DNA of 64,000 nucleotides. Origin: Dimorphilus gyrociliatus (lineage: Eukaryota > Animalia > Annelida). The notes beneath the pieces are model-generated. The model searched no databases, was not told the origin of the DNA, and saw only the letters and a program-made list of their open reading frames with translations. Below, piece after piece: positions 37,309 through 49,147 of the stretch (positions are counted from its first letter, which is position 1; each line of letters starts with the position of its first letter). The stretch spans positions 3,364,408 to 3,428,407 of the forward strand of contig CAJFCJ010000006.1 of assembly GCA_904063045.1 (NCBI GenBank), in the 5' to 3' direction. The translations under genes and the position numbers were made by a program.

Positions 37309-37727
37309 CACAAATACATGATACATGAATAGATTTATATAAAAGACATAGAATTTACATAGTTTTTCATGATAAAGCTAATTAGTGTTTAGTAAACTTT
37401 TTTGAAATTCTTAAGAGAATGATTTTTGATATGTTACACTATGTGATATAAGAATATGCATATTAAATTTATATATCTCTAATACTCAACCTGTGATATA
37501 ATAAAAAAGTTTGATTGAATTTAAACAATTTCTCAATTTCTTTGCATCCTAACGATCTTATTGGATATTATATATTTGTGATTTCGTAAATACTTTAGTA
37601 CATGTATGTTTTTATACAACGTATATATATAAAATATTAAAATAAATGACGAAATATCTATGCACAACGTTTAATTTTTGAAATTAAAACATATTAAACA
37701 AATAATCAATATAATAATTTAATAATT

Positions 37728-38477
37728 ATGCTTATAATAAGAAAATATTTCGATATATTCTTAATAACTGTTGGTATTATTACAACAGTTTGTACTTTAA
37801 TTAGATTTGCTTACTTCTGTTCAATTGATCCGCCAAAAAATGTTACGAATGGTGGTGGATCGTTCCTTAATCTTTTATTAATTATTCAATTTGTAGTTGT
37901 TCATTCATTATTTGTTGAATCAAACTTAATTCAATGGGCACGTAAATTTGGTGCTTTAGCTGAGATTCGACCATTTTATTTAATTTTAACATCAATATCG
38001 TTAAATAGTTTAATGACTTATTGGAGTCCTATATCAAGTTTTTTCTTATGGAAAACTGATAAGATCCTAATTTTTCGTCTAGTACATATTATTTGTTGGA
38101 TAATGATAATTTTTCAAAATATATCTTGGAATAATCTTGAAATATTCGGTATACCGCAATATAATGTTGTTTGGCGTACTAGTAGGCGGAGAATCCCGCA
38201 AAATACTGCAAATGAATTTACTAGAAGACACAGGCATGTAGGCCTAATTCCAATGTCATTAATATTCTGGTAAATTAATTAAGAAGTGATAAATAATATA
38301 ATAATTAACATTGCGACAATTTAAAGCTTCTTAATTAATTAAAGGTTTCATCCAACAATGACACCGAGTAGATTTGTTTTAAGCGTATCATTTACTTTAT
38401 ACTGGATAGCAGCTTTCCGCAATTCTCAGACTCACGTCAACAATCTACTGAAAACACGTTCATTAAGAAAAATTTAA
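37728..38477 (+). CDS. NRM: Nurim (nuclear envelope membrane protein), 2 exons
   Basis: QFVVVHSL, RPFYLILTSISL..LMTYW.P, LEIFGIPQ, RHRH...IFW/FHPTMTPSRFVL...LY match the nurim pattern. Confidence 0.8.
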
Positions 38478-38722
38478 ATACTGTCGTCTAGTTTCTTTTA
38501 AATAATTCATTGTTTTATGCTTGTTTGCTTGCTTTCTTCTTTCATTAATACACTATAATTATATTTAATATGTGAAAATAGAAGGGATTTCAATACGAAT
38601 TTATATATGAGGGTAATATGAAAGTCATTGATCCGTAGATTCAACAATACAAGATTCTATTCTTTCTGATACTATCTGGCCTTACTAAACAAACTACTGA
38701 AAACGTCATTAAAATAGGAGAA

Positions 38723-40990
38723 ATGAAATTATTGTTAATTTATTTATTAACTATTGTATCGGTTGATTCATCAGATATCTACACATCAATAAGTAATTTA
38801 CGAAGTGTTCTTGAAAGCGAGAACACTCTCCTCGACTCAGCCAATAGTATCATCAAATCGGAAAATGAAAGACTCGATAAAATTCGATCGTTTGTATTAG
38901 TTTAAATCTATATTCTTTAGTTGTTCAATATTCTTCTATCTCTTTTAAGATTCTTGAAATCTGTCCACTTGAATCCCATAAAAAGTCTATTAGATGAGAA
39001 AACTAGTGCTGAAACTTATATTGGTCATCCGTTGAACGCTTATAGCTTAATTAAGAGATTAGCTTTGGGATGGGGCGCTATTTTCCGAGAAGCCAATTTA
39101 AAAAATGAGGGTAATATTCTTGTTCTAAGGATTTTACTTTACTTGATCGAATTGTATTTTCTTTTTAATCAGATGTCAGGATAAGTCTGCCAGATGAGAG
39201 TGATATTGATGGAGCTGCCAATGCTATAGTTAGACTACAAAGAACTTATAGGCTACTTACTAAAGATCTAGTGGACGGTTACGTTCTTGGGTACAGACTA
39301 TAAATTGTTTGTTATTCTATATTTTATTATAATTTTTAACTGATTTTTAGGAAACCATCTCAAGAAATTGATTATTATGATTGCTATGTTATCGGAATGG
39401 CGGCGAAGAAAAGTGGCGATTTCGGTATAGCTCTTCAATGGCTAAATAAAAGTTTGGAAAAGTTTCAAGAGAATGAATACTTTGAATTTTCATATTTAAT
39501 TAGAGTTATAGCCGATCTATATATTTCTGTAATTAATTTATACAAATTATCAACTTAATTATCATTATTTATATTCTTCATTCAATAGATTGGCAATTAT
39601 CAAAAAGCCGTTGATACACTTTCTTTCGGAATAGATACAGGTATAGAGTTAAATGATTAATCTATCATTGCTACTTTATGAATATTACTTTATTCTATAG
39701 TTCAAAATGATGAGCACAGAGAAAATCTTAAAACTTATTACGAAGTACAACGGGAATATCACATTGATTTACAGGCACAGGGGTATTCTGAGTCGTACGA
39801 TGAGTATTCATGGCCTAAACATATGTCAGAAAGTTTGGCAAAGTATGAAGCACTTTGCCGAGGAGATAAAGCCGTTTGTACTCTTGAATTTCATCGATAT
39901 AAATAATTTAAAAAAAACGATCTTTCCATAACCTTTCTTTAACGATCAATAGGCTATGCGAAAGACTTCAAAGGCGCTCAGGTGTAGGTACGTGAGGAGT
40001 CGTCACGTACCGTTTGAATATTTCAAACAAGAAATTTTCAACTATAAACCCTTCGTTTCTATCATTTATGATGTTATTTCTGATAAAGAAATTGAAATAC
40101 TTAAAGATCTTGCCACTCCCATAGTTAGTAACGCCAGCGTTAATTCTGAAATTGCAAAATATACGAACCAACTTGTTTATTTTTGTAGCTCTCGAGGGCA
40201 TTGGTCGGTGAGGCTACAAATCCAGAATTAAGTAATAATCGAGTTGGAAAAGTTGGATGGCTGTGGGACATTTCAGATAATAAAACTGTTGCTTTACTTG
40301 GTGAAAGAGTTAGCAGAGCTACAGGATTGAGTACAACATTTAGATTAGAAGGATCAGATTCTGAACCTTTTCAAGTGGTAAATTATGGTATTGGGGGACA
40401 GTATGAGCCACATACTGATTTCTACGATGTGAGTATTTTAAATACATCAAGATCAATTATAAAAAATGGCGCCTTAATATAAATACAGCACAGGGAGTCT
40501 TTGAAAACTGTTCCGAGTTTTATTCAAGGAACTGGAGATCGAATTTGTACCTGGATGTTCTATCTCAGCGATGTTGAAGCAGGAGGGGCAACAGTCTTTC
40601 CACATTTAGGAGTCAGACTTCCGCCAGTAAAGGTAACAATACTTGAAATTTAAAGTTTATACTCCAAAAAGTCTGTTAAATGAACTATACAGAACGCAGC
40701 AGCATTCTGGTATAACTTTGAAAAGGATGGCAGTATGGATATGAAGACAGAACACGCAGGATGCCCTGTTCTTTTAGGCAACAAATGGGGTAAATATATT
40801 GTCCTTGTAAAGTTTATAATATATTATAGTATATCTTGCTTTGTATATTTATTATGCAGTGGCTAATAAATGGATAAGAGAAAATGGACAAATATTCAAT
40901 AGGCCTTGTGGCAAAGATGCTAATGAAATGGAGGCTGATAACTATTTATTAAAATTAGGCTATTCTCCAAAAGATATAAGGGAAACTTGA
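38723..40990 (+). CDS. P4HA: Prolyl 4-hydroxylase alpha subunit, multi-exon
   Basis: Signal peptide, GHPLNAYSLIKRL, GAANAIVRLQRTY, YEALCRG, QVVNYGIGGQYEPHTD, RICTWMFYLSDVEAGGATVFP, and HAGCPVLLGNKWVANKWI. Confidence 0.95.
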
Positions 40991-41001
40991 TAATTTGCAA
41001 T

Positions 41002-41016
41002 CCCCCCCCCCCCCCC
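41002..41016 (+). repeat. C15 homopolymer followed by a (CT)n tract in the P4HA 3'UTR
   Basis: Direct reading; starts 12 nt after the stop codon. Confidence 0.9.
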
Positions 41017-41229
41017 TCCACTCTCTCTCTCTCTCCTCTCTTCTCCAAAATTTACCATAGCGTTCCATGGCTATATAATGTTTAATTGTTGATATTTTCA
41101 TTGAAATGTAATCATTTGAATATTACTAGTTGAGAATGTTTTAATTGTTAAAATTCAAATGACTCATAGCATCATAATTGTTTTTAATCTTTTAATAATC
41201 TAGAATAAATAAAGAATAAGAGACAAAAA

Positions 41230-42616
41230 ATGCTCTTTACATTAATTACAATGTTTAATATATTCAACATTGTTATATCGGAAAATAGTTTAAATCTTAT
41301 TAGTCATTTTTGTGATACGAAATTTGATAATTCGTCGAAATCTTTAATAATGCATTGTGATAATAAAAATTCTACTGATCACAAACCTAATAGAACAGAC
41401 ATAATTATCAATATGAAAATGAGGTTATCTTAACTAGTTGCTTTTTTTATGACTAATAATTGATAAGGGTATGTTGTATCAACAGGCATTTTATAGTGAA
41501 CTGTTTAAAGAATATAGATGCCCCAGAAATATTTCTCATTAATATAAATATAGAAAATGTTGAATTAATAGATTCTTTTACTTTTCATAAATGTCAACCT
41601 TTAATATCTATTTATGATAAAAATAATGAGTCATTTGCAAATATTTCATCAATTAAATCGATTTTATTCAATCAAAGTCGACATTTACTCTGTAATATTA
41701 AAATTCAAGAAGTACATAATATTACTCTAGTTATTGATAGATGTAATCGAAAGTTAGATTACCTTCAAATGTGTCCTCAATCTAGAAACGAACCATCATT
41801 TATTGAAAGTGTTAATGTGTTAAAAATTCAAGTTATTGGCAATTGTTTTAATAATTATAAATATTTTAGCGATTTTAACTTCCTGTTTATTAAATCATTT
41901 TCATCCGTTAAAGAATTAACTATTAATTATAATAATTCGCCTATTTATTTTAAAGATAGGCCTAACGAAAGTTTATTAGATAACTTGTCAAAAACAAAAC
42001 TATATTTACAATTTACAAGGCAATGTTTTAATCAATCGATTTTGTTTACATGTTACCTAAGAGACAGATTACTTTTTGATAATATCGAAGATGAAATTAG
42101 GTATGATAAATGTGAAAACATTTCATTACCAGAAGATAAGGACTCTTTCATTCACAAAACGAATAATTTATGGTAATTATCTTTTCTATTTTGAGTCGAC
42201 AAAGGAAAATTTACATCTAGACTAACTGTTTCTAAAATATTCAATTATACAGCAATGGTAAACATATATACGAAGATGGAAGAGAATTCGAAAATGATTA
42301 TAACGAGAATTACAAACTACATACAACTAGCTCATCATCATCTTTGTTAGACTACGTTCATATTGTCCTTTTGGTGTTTACTATTTTGATTTTAGTTTTT
42401 TTCCTTGTTTCCTACTTTTGTTATTGGTGCAATTCATTATATTTTGGTAATAATGGCAGCGAACTAATAGCGCCAGAAATTCCCAAAAGAACGTCGGAAA
42501 AAGCAAATTTTAGTAATCAAAAAAAGAGTAGCCTAATCTCTGTTTCGGCTTCAAAAAGCGTTGGGAAAAGCAGACGATATCCCACACTAATGACTGTTAA
42601 AGAGCTACACATGTAA
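41230..42616 (+). CDS. Type I membrane protein with degenerate LRR-like ectodomain; 3 exons (41230-~41423, ~41486-42172, 42253-42616)
   Basis: Signal peptide, Cys/Asn-rich ectodomain with VELIDSFTFHKCQPLISI and VKELTINYNN, one TM helix (YVHIVLLVFTILILVFFLVSYFCYW), and a short tail. Splice phases are consistent. Confidence 0.65.
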
Positions 42617-43082
42617 AATTCACATATAAAGTTAATACGATAGTGTGAATAAATTTATATAAAAACTTTTAAAAAGTTGATAATTTGGCGGGAAATCATG
42701 GACTATGCTAAATACGAATAATATTTTTTAAAGATTCATCAACTTCCTGTTGTGTTCTCTATGTGACATGTCCCAAGTTTATGATTAAGGTTTTGCTGTG
42801 AGTATAGTTGATCATCCAAATAATCTCAATTAATTTAATATTTATTTTTTATCTATGATTTATGATTGAATTTCCCAGTGTAGCTTTTACCTCATCCGAA
42901 TGCCGGTATAAAATTTTGCTTTGACCACTAATATAAACTTTATTTTTAAATCTGCATGTTTATGGTTAATAAAAATAATTATTGGCTTGCTCGAAATAAT
43001 ATATAAGTTATTTATAAGCAAATTTTACATTGTTCTATATTTATAGGAGATAAGACAAACAATTAAGAATTTCACCACTTCA

Positions 43083-44256
43083 ATGCCATCAATATCACAA
43101 TCAACAGACTTTTATATAGGGCTATCCCTAGCAATATTATCCTCAGCATTTATAGGAAGTTCTTTCATATTGAAAAAAAAAGGTCTACTCAAATTAGCCG
43201 CACAAAGTCAATCCGTTCGGGCAGGTCAAGGAGGATTCGGCTATTTGAGAGAATGGCTTTGGTGGGTTGGAATGATATTGAGTAAGAATTTAATAGTTTA
43301 GTAAACTAAAGTGCAAAGCAGAATGGCTAAATCTAACTTTTTCTTATATATTCTTAAGTGGCTGTTGGGGAAATTTGCAATTTTACTGCTTACGCCTTCG
43401 CTCCTGCAACTTTAGTGACTCCTTTGGGAGCTTTAAGCGTTTTAGTTAGGTAACTATTTTCATCCATTAAAACACAACTTCTTGCATTCATCTTTTCAAT
43501 GAAATTTGCTGATTCAGCGCTGTCTTAGCCTCGTATTTGTTAAGTGAATATTTAAATTTATTGGGAAAAATTGGATGCGTAGTTTGTTTACTCGGATCAA
43601 CCGTGATAGTTCTTCACGCTCCCAAAGAAGGTGAAATTAAAGATATGAACGAAATGGCTAATAGATTAAAGGATGCTGGATTCATTATTTATATAGTTAT
43701 CATCACTCTCGCAAACCTTTGGCTAATATTTTTCGTCGGACCAAGATTTGGTCAGACAAATGCTATGGTATATGTCTTAATTACCGGATCTATTGGTTCT
43801 TTATCTGTTATGGCATGTAAAGGCTTGGGAGTGGCTTTGAAGTCTACATTTAATGGCCATAATGAACTAACGAATCGTTATACTTGGATAATTTTAATTG
43901 CTGTCATATTCTGCATATCCATTCAAATGAACTATCTTAATAAAGCGCTGGACATTTTTAACACATCAGTCGTTACACCTATGCTCTATGTTGTATTTAC
44001 AACGTTTGTTATTATAGCCTCTGCTATATTGTTTAAAGAATGGAATTTTATGACTGTCATGGATATCGTTGGGGTGATTTGCGGATTTGGTTGTGTGATA
44101 AGTGGAATCTTCCTACTTCAGGCCTTTAAAGATTTAAATCTTTCTAAATTTCAGTTAGTAAAACAATTGGAACCAAAATCTAGTCAACAAGTAGATGACG
44201 AGTTACGATCATCCCTTCTTGAAGAGACTAGAGGTAGACACTCTCAAAATTGTTAA
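43083..44256 (+). CDS. NIPA2: Magnesium transporter NIPA, 3 exons
   Basis: [58 protein letters not shown], and [17 protein letters not shown]. Confidence 0.95.
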
Positions 44257-44305
44257 GATCTAAATTATTGTATTTTTTACCATTTCAAATAAAAATATTA
44301 TTTGT

Positions 44306-44809
44306 CTAATTGGCTGCAACCGGTTGAGCGGGCTCTTCAACGGCATTAGCTGTGGCCTCTTGTGTCATGTTCTGCGATTCGCCTGATTGTTGTAGATTCT
44401 GCTTGTTCTGTTCCGCGACAGTGCCATGGTCATACCAGTCATCTCTTGTCATGTAGTCGTTGTGCATGTAGCGTAATTTATGTACGTCAGGTACTGCCAT
44501 GGATCCGCTGCAATTTGGCATGGGAAAAGTGTTCCTTCCTCTGGAGGTTCCAATATTGGGATCGATATCCATCTGATACGAGGTCGCGTTGGGAGAGAGA
44601 TCCGCAGCATTTGGAGATGCAATTTTTGTTAGCAATGCATCTCTATACTTCTTCTGCATTCTACCTCCGACTGGCTGAATATCATAGGACTTGCGGCACA
44701 CAGGAAATACAGTTGGCCCCCCTTTTTCACCTCCAGAGCCTTTGCCAGTGGTTCCTCCACCTAAACCACAGAACTCTTCCTGATATTCGCTAATGTTCTT
44801 CGTTGCCAT
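44306..44809 (-). CDS. Single-exon 167-aa protein of unknown function
   Basis: GC-elevated ATG ORF with protein-like composition, flanked by AT-rich DNA. Confidence 0.65.
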   Translation of the reverse strand: MATKNISEYQEEFCGLGGGTTGKGSGGEKGGPTVFPVCRKSYDIQPVGGRMQKKYRDALLTKIASPNAADLSPNATSYQMDIDPNIGTSRGRNTFPMPNCSGSMAVPDVHKLRYMHNDYMTRDDWYDHGTVAEQNKQNLQQSGESQNMTQEATANAVEEPAQPVAAN

Positions 44810-44860
44810 CGTTTATGTCGGATGTGTAAACAATCTGTCGCTATGGTGCGCGCCGACAAC

Positions 44861-44874
44861 GATAGATGTCGCTG
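44861..44874 (+). promoter_or_regulatory. CTCF-variant motif (GATAGATGTCGCTG)
   Basis: Lies in the 141-bp gap between MRG15 and the 167-aa gene. The same AGATGTCGCT core recurs at 46656-46667 on the minus strand. Confidence 0.3.
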
Positions 44875-44950
44875 GCTTACAACCCGAATTATATTTATTC
44901 GAAGGGATCAAAAACAATTACATTAACAAAAATTAAATTAACTTTAAAAA

Positions 44951-46537
44951 TTATTCTTCATCACTGTCCGATGGTAGAGCAATGCCAAAGGATGACACCT
45001 CTTCCGGTCTCACATCGACCAACCTGTTTGATTCAAGGTACTTTTCGTAGTTTCTTGTTAAGAAATTTCCGAGATCAGTTAATAATAAATAAAATCCTTC
45101 TCTTTTTGAGTTAACTTCACCAATTAATGAAAAAGTCCTATTGATATAGAATAAAAGTCTGACAAGGTGAGGAGCACCAAATATATCAGTTAGGGGTATT
45201 CCTGGATTTTCTTTTAAAAGTCTGGCGTACTGGGGCCTTTCAACAACGGTTAACAATTCTTTCCCCAGAATAACATTAAAAAGACATTGGCATATAGAAA
45301 CCTGTTTCCTTAATCCATTTTGCAACCTTTCATTTTTGGTATATAATTCAGATTGAGTTAAATAGTCTGTAAATATTTCGCTAATGGTGTGCGATAAAGG
45401 AAAGTTAAACACCTGTAAATGATTTAAAATATTAATTGTTTTACTTCTTTATTTTCGTTACATAACTAAACGCAATTCTCACTTTATGATCTTTCCTAAT
45501 TTCACGATAAGTCGACGTAGTATAATTGAAAAGTTGATCGGGAATATTTATAGGATATAATCTCATGGCTTTGGCTTTAATAGCCTGTGGAAGAAAATAT
45601 AAATTAGTTAATTACTTGTTTTACTTGGTAAGTATTCTAATATCAACAGGATTCTCAGATAATCTCCCCGTCTCTGCTTCTTTCCTTCTCTCCGTCTAAA
45701 TTTTAAAATACAAAACTCAATAATTGAATTATTATAACAGATTTTTTTAACAGAACATACCCAACGTTTTAAAGCTTCCTTATAATAAGAATTCGACTCT
45801 TCAACCTCCATTTCTTTTTCGGAGTGAGGATTTACGTCCATTTTCCTTTCTGGGGCATTCACTATTGGTGTATGTTCTTTAGTGTGTGGCTGGCTTTTAG
45901 CTGATGGTAGTGACTCGGTTGATTCCTTTTTTTCAGATTTTTTCAAGTGCGGTTTTTGCTCTGTAAGGGGAGAAGTAGACATTTGGCTTGCAGAATAATT
46001 TTTGATTACGCCCTTTTCACCTGGAGCTGTTTTTATAATTTCGAATGATTTGTTTATTTTTTCAGCTTTTTGCCCATTACAACTGTTAGTGTGCAGAGAA
46101 GTACTGAGATTTTCGAATGAGTTTTTTATTGTCTCTCTTTTAATGCCATGTTTTTTTCGCTTTCTTCCTCTTTTTGATTCACCCATAGGATTTCTCTTTT
46201 TTTCGTATTTTTTCTTCTCGATAGATAGTTTGGACGCTCTCTGCTGAACTCGTTTGGCATCAGAATCAATTTTCATACGGTGTGTTTCGTCGTTTATGGG
46301 CATTACATTCTGCTTTTTAACAGTTTCATCCCATTTAGAATTCCATCCATTATAGTGAACCCTGTATGAGTCTCCGATAATTTCGAGTATTTTTGCATCA
46401 TACACAAGACCAGAACTGAGAACGTACACATTTTCTCCTATTTGGAAATCGATTCATTGAAGAAATTAACATTTTACGACAATAAAGAGACTTAAAATAC
46501 CTTCTTTAAATCTATTTCCCCGTTTATCTTCTGCCAT
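44951..46537 (-). CDS. MORF4L1: MRG15/MSL3-family chromo-barrel + MRG domain protein, about 5 exons
   Basis: GLVYDAKI...YRVHYNGWNSKWDE chromo barrel; FNVILGKELL..ERPQY...IFGAPHLVRL MRG domain. Confidence 0.85.
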
Positions 46538-47311
46538 TTACAAAAGGATAATGAGAAATAAACTATTATAGGCGAGAAATCTGCTTAATAGTAAAAATTT
46601 GAGGATCTTAAATGTAAACTTATCAACCGGTCAACCGGATATCCGGAAATGAGGTAGCGACATCTACATTTCAAAGTATTTTTGTTGAAAAAGTAAACAA
46701 GATTAAATAATCTAGCCTTAAGCTTTCATATTTTAATTCAACTTGTACACAGACTAATCTAAAGAAAAGATAAAATAGTAAAAATTATTCGAAAGGGAAA
46801 TTCTAAACTAAGTATAACGGTAAACTTATAAAAAACCAACCATTTTCAACTCACCGCCTAAAAGCTAATCTTTTAAATGAAAAAAACTATTTTATTTATT
46901 TATAAAATATAAAACAATATAAGCAAAAATCTTATGAATAACATTCAAAATAAACATGTTTAATAATATCAAAAAGAATAAAAATTATAATAAAATAAAG
47001 TTCTCAAAAGGCTAATAACGTAGATTTGACTTGTTATTTGTTATTCAAAATGATTGTAATTCAATGACTAAGATTGAAAAAAAAAAGAAAATTACTACTA
47101 GGATTACAAAAATCCTTCCCTAAATAAAAAGGAAATGCGCAAAAAACAACGTAAACAATAAAATAAATATTTTGAAAGAAAACTTGTTAGAAAAGACGAA
47201 TATTATTGCTTTATTGACATTTTAAATGGGTTAAAATAAGGTCTAATTACAGAAAATATGAATATATTAATATTTATCTGCTTTGTTGTTTTTTTCATCC
47301 TTTTTTATTTG

Positions 47312-47804
47312 TTAATAGCAAGCTTTCAATTCGTTTCGGTGTAGGCTTTCTATATGATAAATCCTTGAGAGTAACTCTTGCTGTTGATGATCGTGCTTGA
47401 GTTGTTCCACATCCCATGATTCGTTTAGCATAATATCTAATGAACTTTGAGGACGGCTATAGATTCTTTTTGTTCGATTATATCTTATATGTGGCCTAAG
47501 AAGATGTAATAGAATATATTAGTTTATAAGAAAGACGGTTAAAGGAATGTTAAATGGTAAATATTTGTATTCTAATATAAATTTAATAAAAGAAAATTAA
47601 AGATTTATTAGTTCTTTACCTATTTCTGGGAGAAAGTTCGTATTCTCGGAGGAAGACGTTGGTAAAAGATCGAGGTAAATTCATTCGATTATCTTTCGTT
47701 GAAGGTGATCTAATTTTATCATTTATAGAACATTCTTTAAATCGAATATGACTCCTATTCTCTCCATACAGTTCCAAGTTAATTACAGAACGACTAGCCG
47801 ACAT
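47312..47804 (-). CDS. Two-exon protein of about 120 aa, unknown function
   Basis: Exon 47804-~47620 ends AATAG|gtaaag and joins in phase 2 to an exon after ttcttag, giving ...SPRNR/PHIRYNR...ELKACY*. Confidence 0.55.
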
Positions 47805-49147
47805 TACTTCTCCTTAAGAAATTCCTCCGGAAAATAAACACTACAACTGTAAGTACTGAAATATGAGCGACAATAAACGCTATTGAATGATAGGATTAAA
47901 CGATTTTGTTGTTCTCTCTCCCCTTTACCGTGCTTATATAGTCATTTTGATTGAATAGAAAAACTTAACATAGGCCAATATTTAATATTTAATATTTATT
48001 TTTTTTTAATCCGAAAAATACTCATAATGCCAATAAAATAATGAAATAAGCAGAACATCATTAAGTCGTAAATATACTTGAAATAAAATGTTTTAACCAG
48101 TTAACAAGTTGGTGAAAAGTTCTACTCTTTAATTCTTTATTGCATAATACTTATTAAAGCAAAATTAAAAAGGAAAGGAAAGGGAAGATAAACAATGAAC
48201 GGAAAAGAGAAAAACAAAGAAAATTGAATTATAAAAAAGTTCTATTTACTTTTTTATTAATAATTCTTTTGTACGTTATTTTTTATTATTATTTGTATAA
48301 TAATTATATTATCTATCTATCTATCTTGTATGTTTCATTGCGTTGTTAATAAAACTCTCTTATACCGTATCTACATTCATTTTAGAGAATGATAATAAAC
48401 AGGAGTAACAAATGCCATCTTGCGCATATATAATAAATATCAAATATATTGTAATTAAGTTAATATTTCTATTCTTTCAATACATATTTGCCTAACATGC
48501 CTTTTTTTTTATTATAAATAATCAATTAAAAGTAATATTTCCAAATCAAAATTGCTTCTAGTGTCTACCATAATAAAATAATACAAGTTGAATTCCCTTA
48601 TATATTCGATAATAATTCAATTTTATATTCAATAAACTTGTGTAGTTTATTACGTTACCTTTCTAGAAAAAGTAATTATTCGAAACGGGCAATGAAACAA
48701 CGTATTGTTATTTTATCTTCCTTCTTTTCGTTATATTCATTTATAATATTTCTCTAAAGTAGTACTTTAACGAGCTCTAACAGAAAGTAATGGTTATTAG
48801 TATTTTATAAATGGCAAAAAATCTTCTTAAATCCCCTTCTCATCCGCTTTATTTGCAATACTAGTATTATCATTATTGGTAGTGGTAGCTTAATCTAGGA
48901 AGGTTGTTACAGAAGATATCAAATATTTGTATTTATTGAATTATTAATAAAAAATATTCAAGAATCTAATATCCACCTACAAAACAAATAGAACAACATT
49001 TTTGGCGTTTCTTAGATAAAGCATTACAGATTTGTAAAGATTTTAGGTAAATATTCATTAATCAAATGAATTTTCAATTAATTTAATTCAACTTTATTCT
49101 CTAACTATTCCAGTTATTTTGTGTCTTGAGTATTTATTATATCTGTC

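Noticed and set aside
34174-44256. Five co-directional, tightly spaced secretory/ER genes (GH3, nurim, P4HA, orphan, NIPA2) as a possible operon
   Set aside because: Gaps of 240-470 bp are typical of the whole window, and there is no evidence for trans-splicing. It would need spliced-leader reads to revive.
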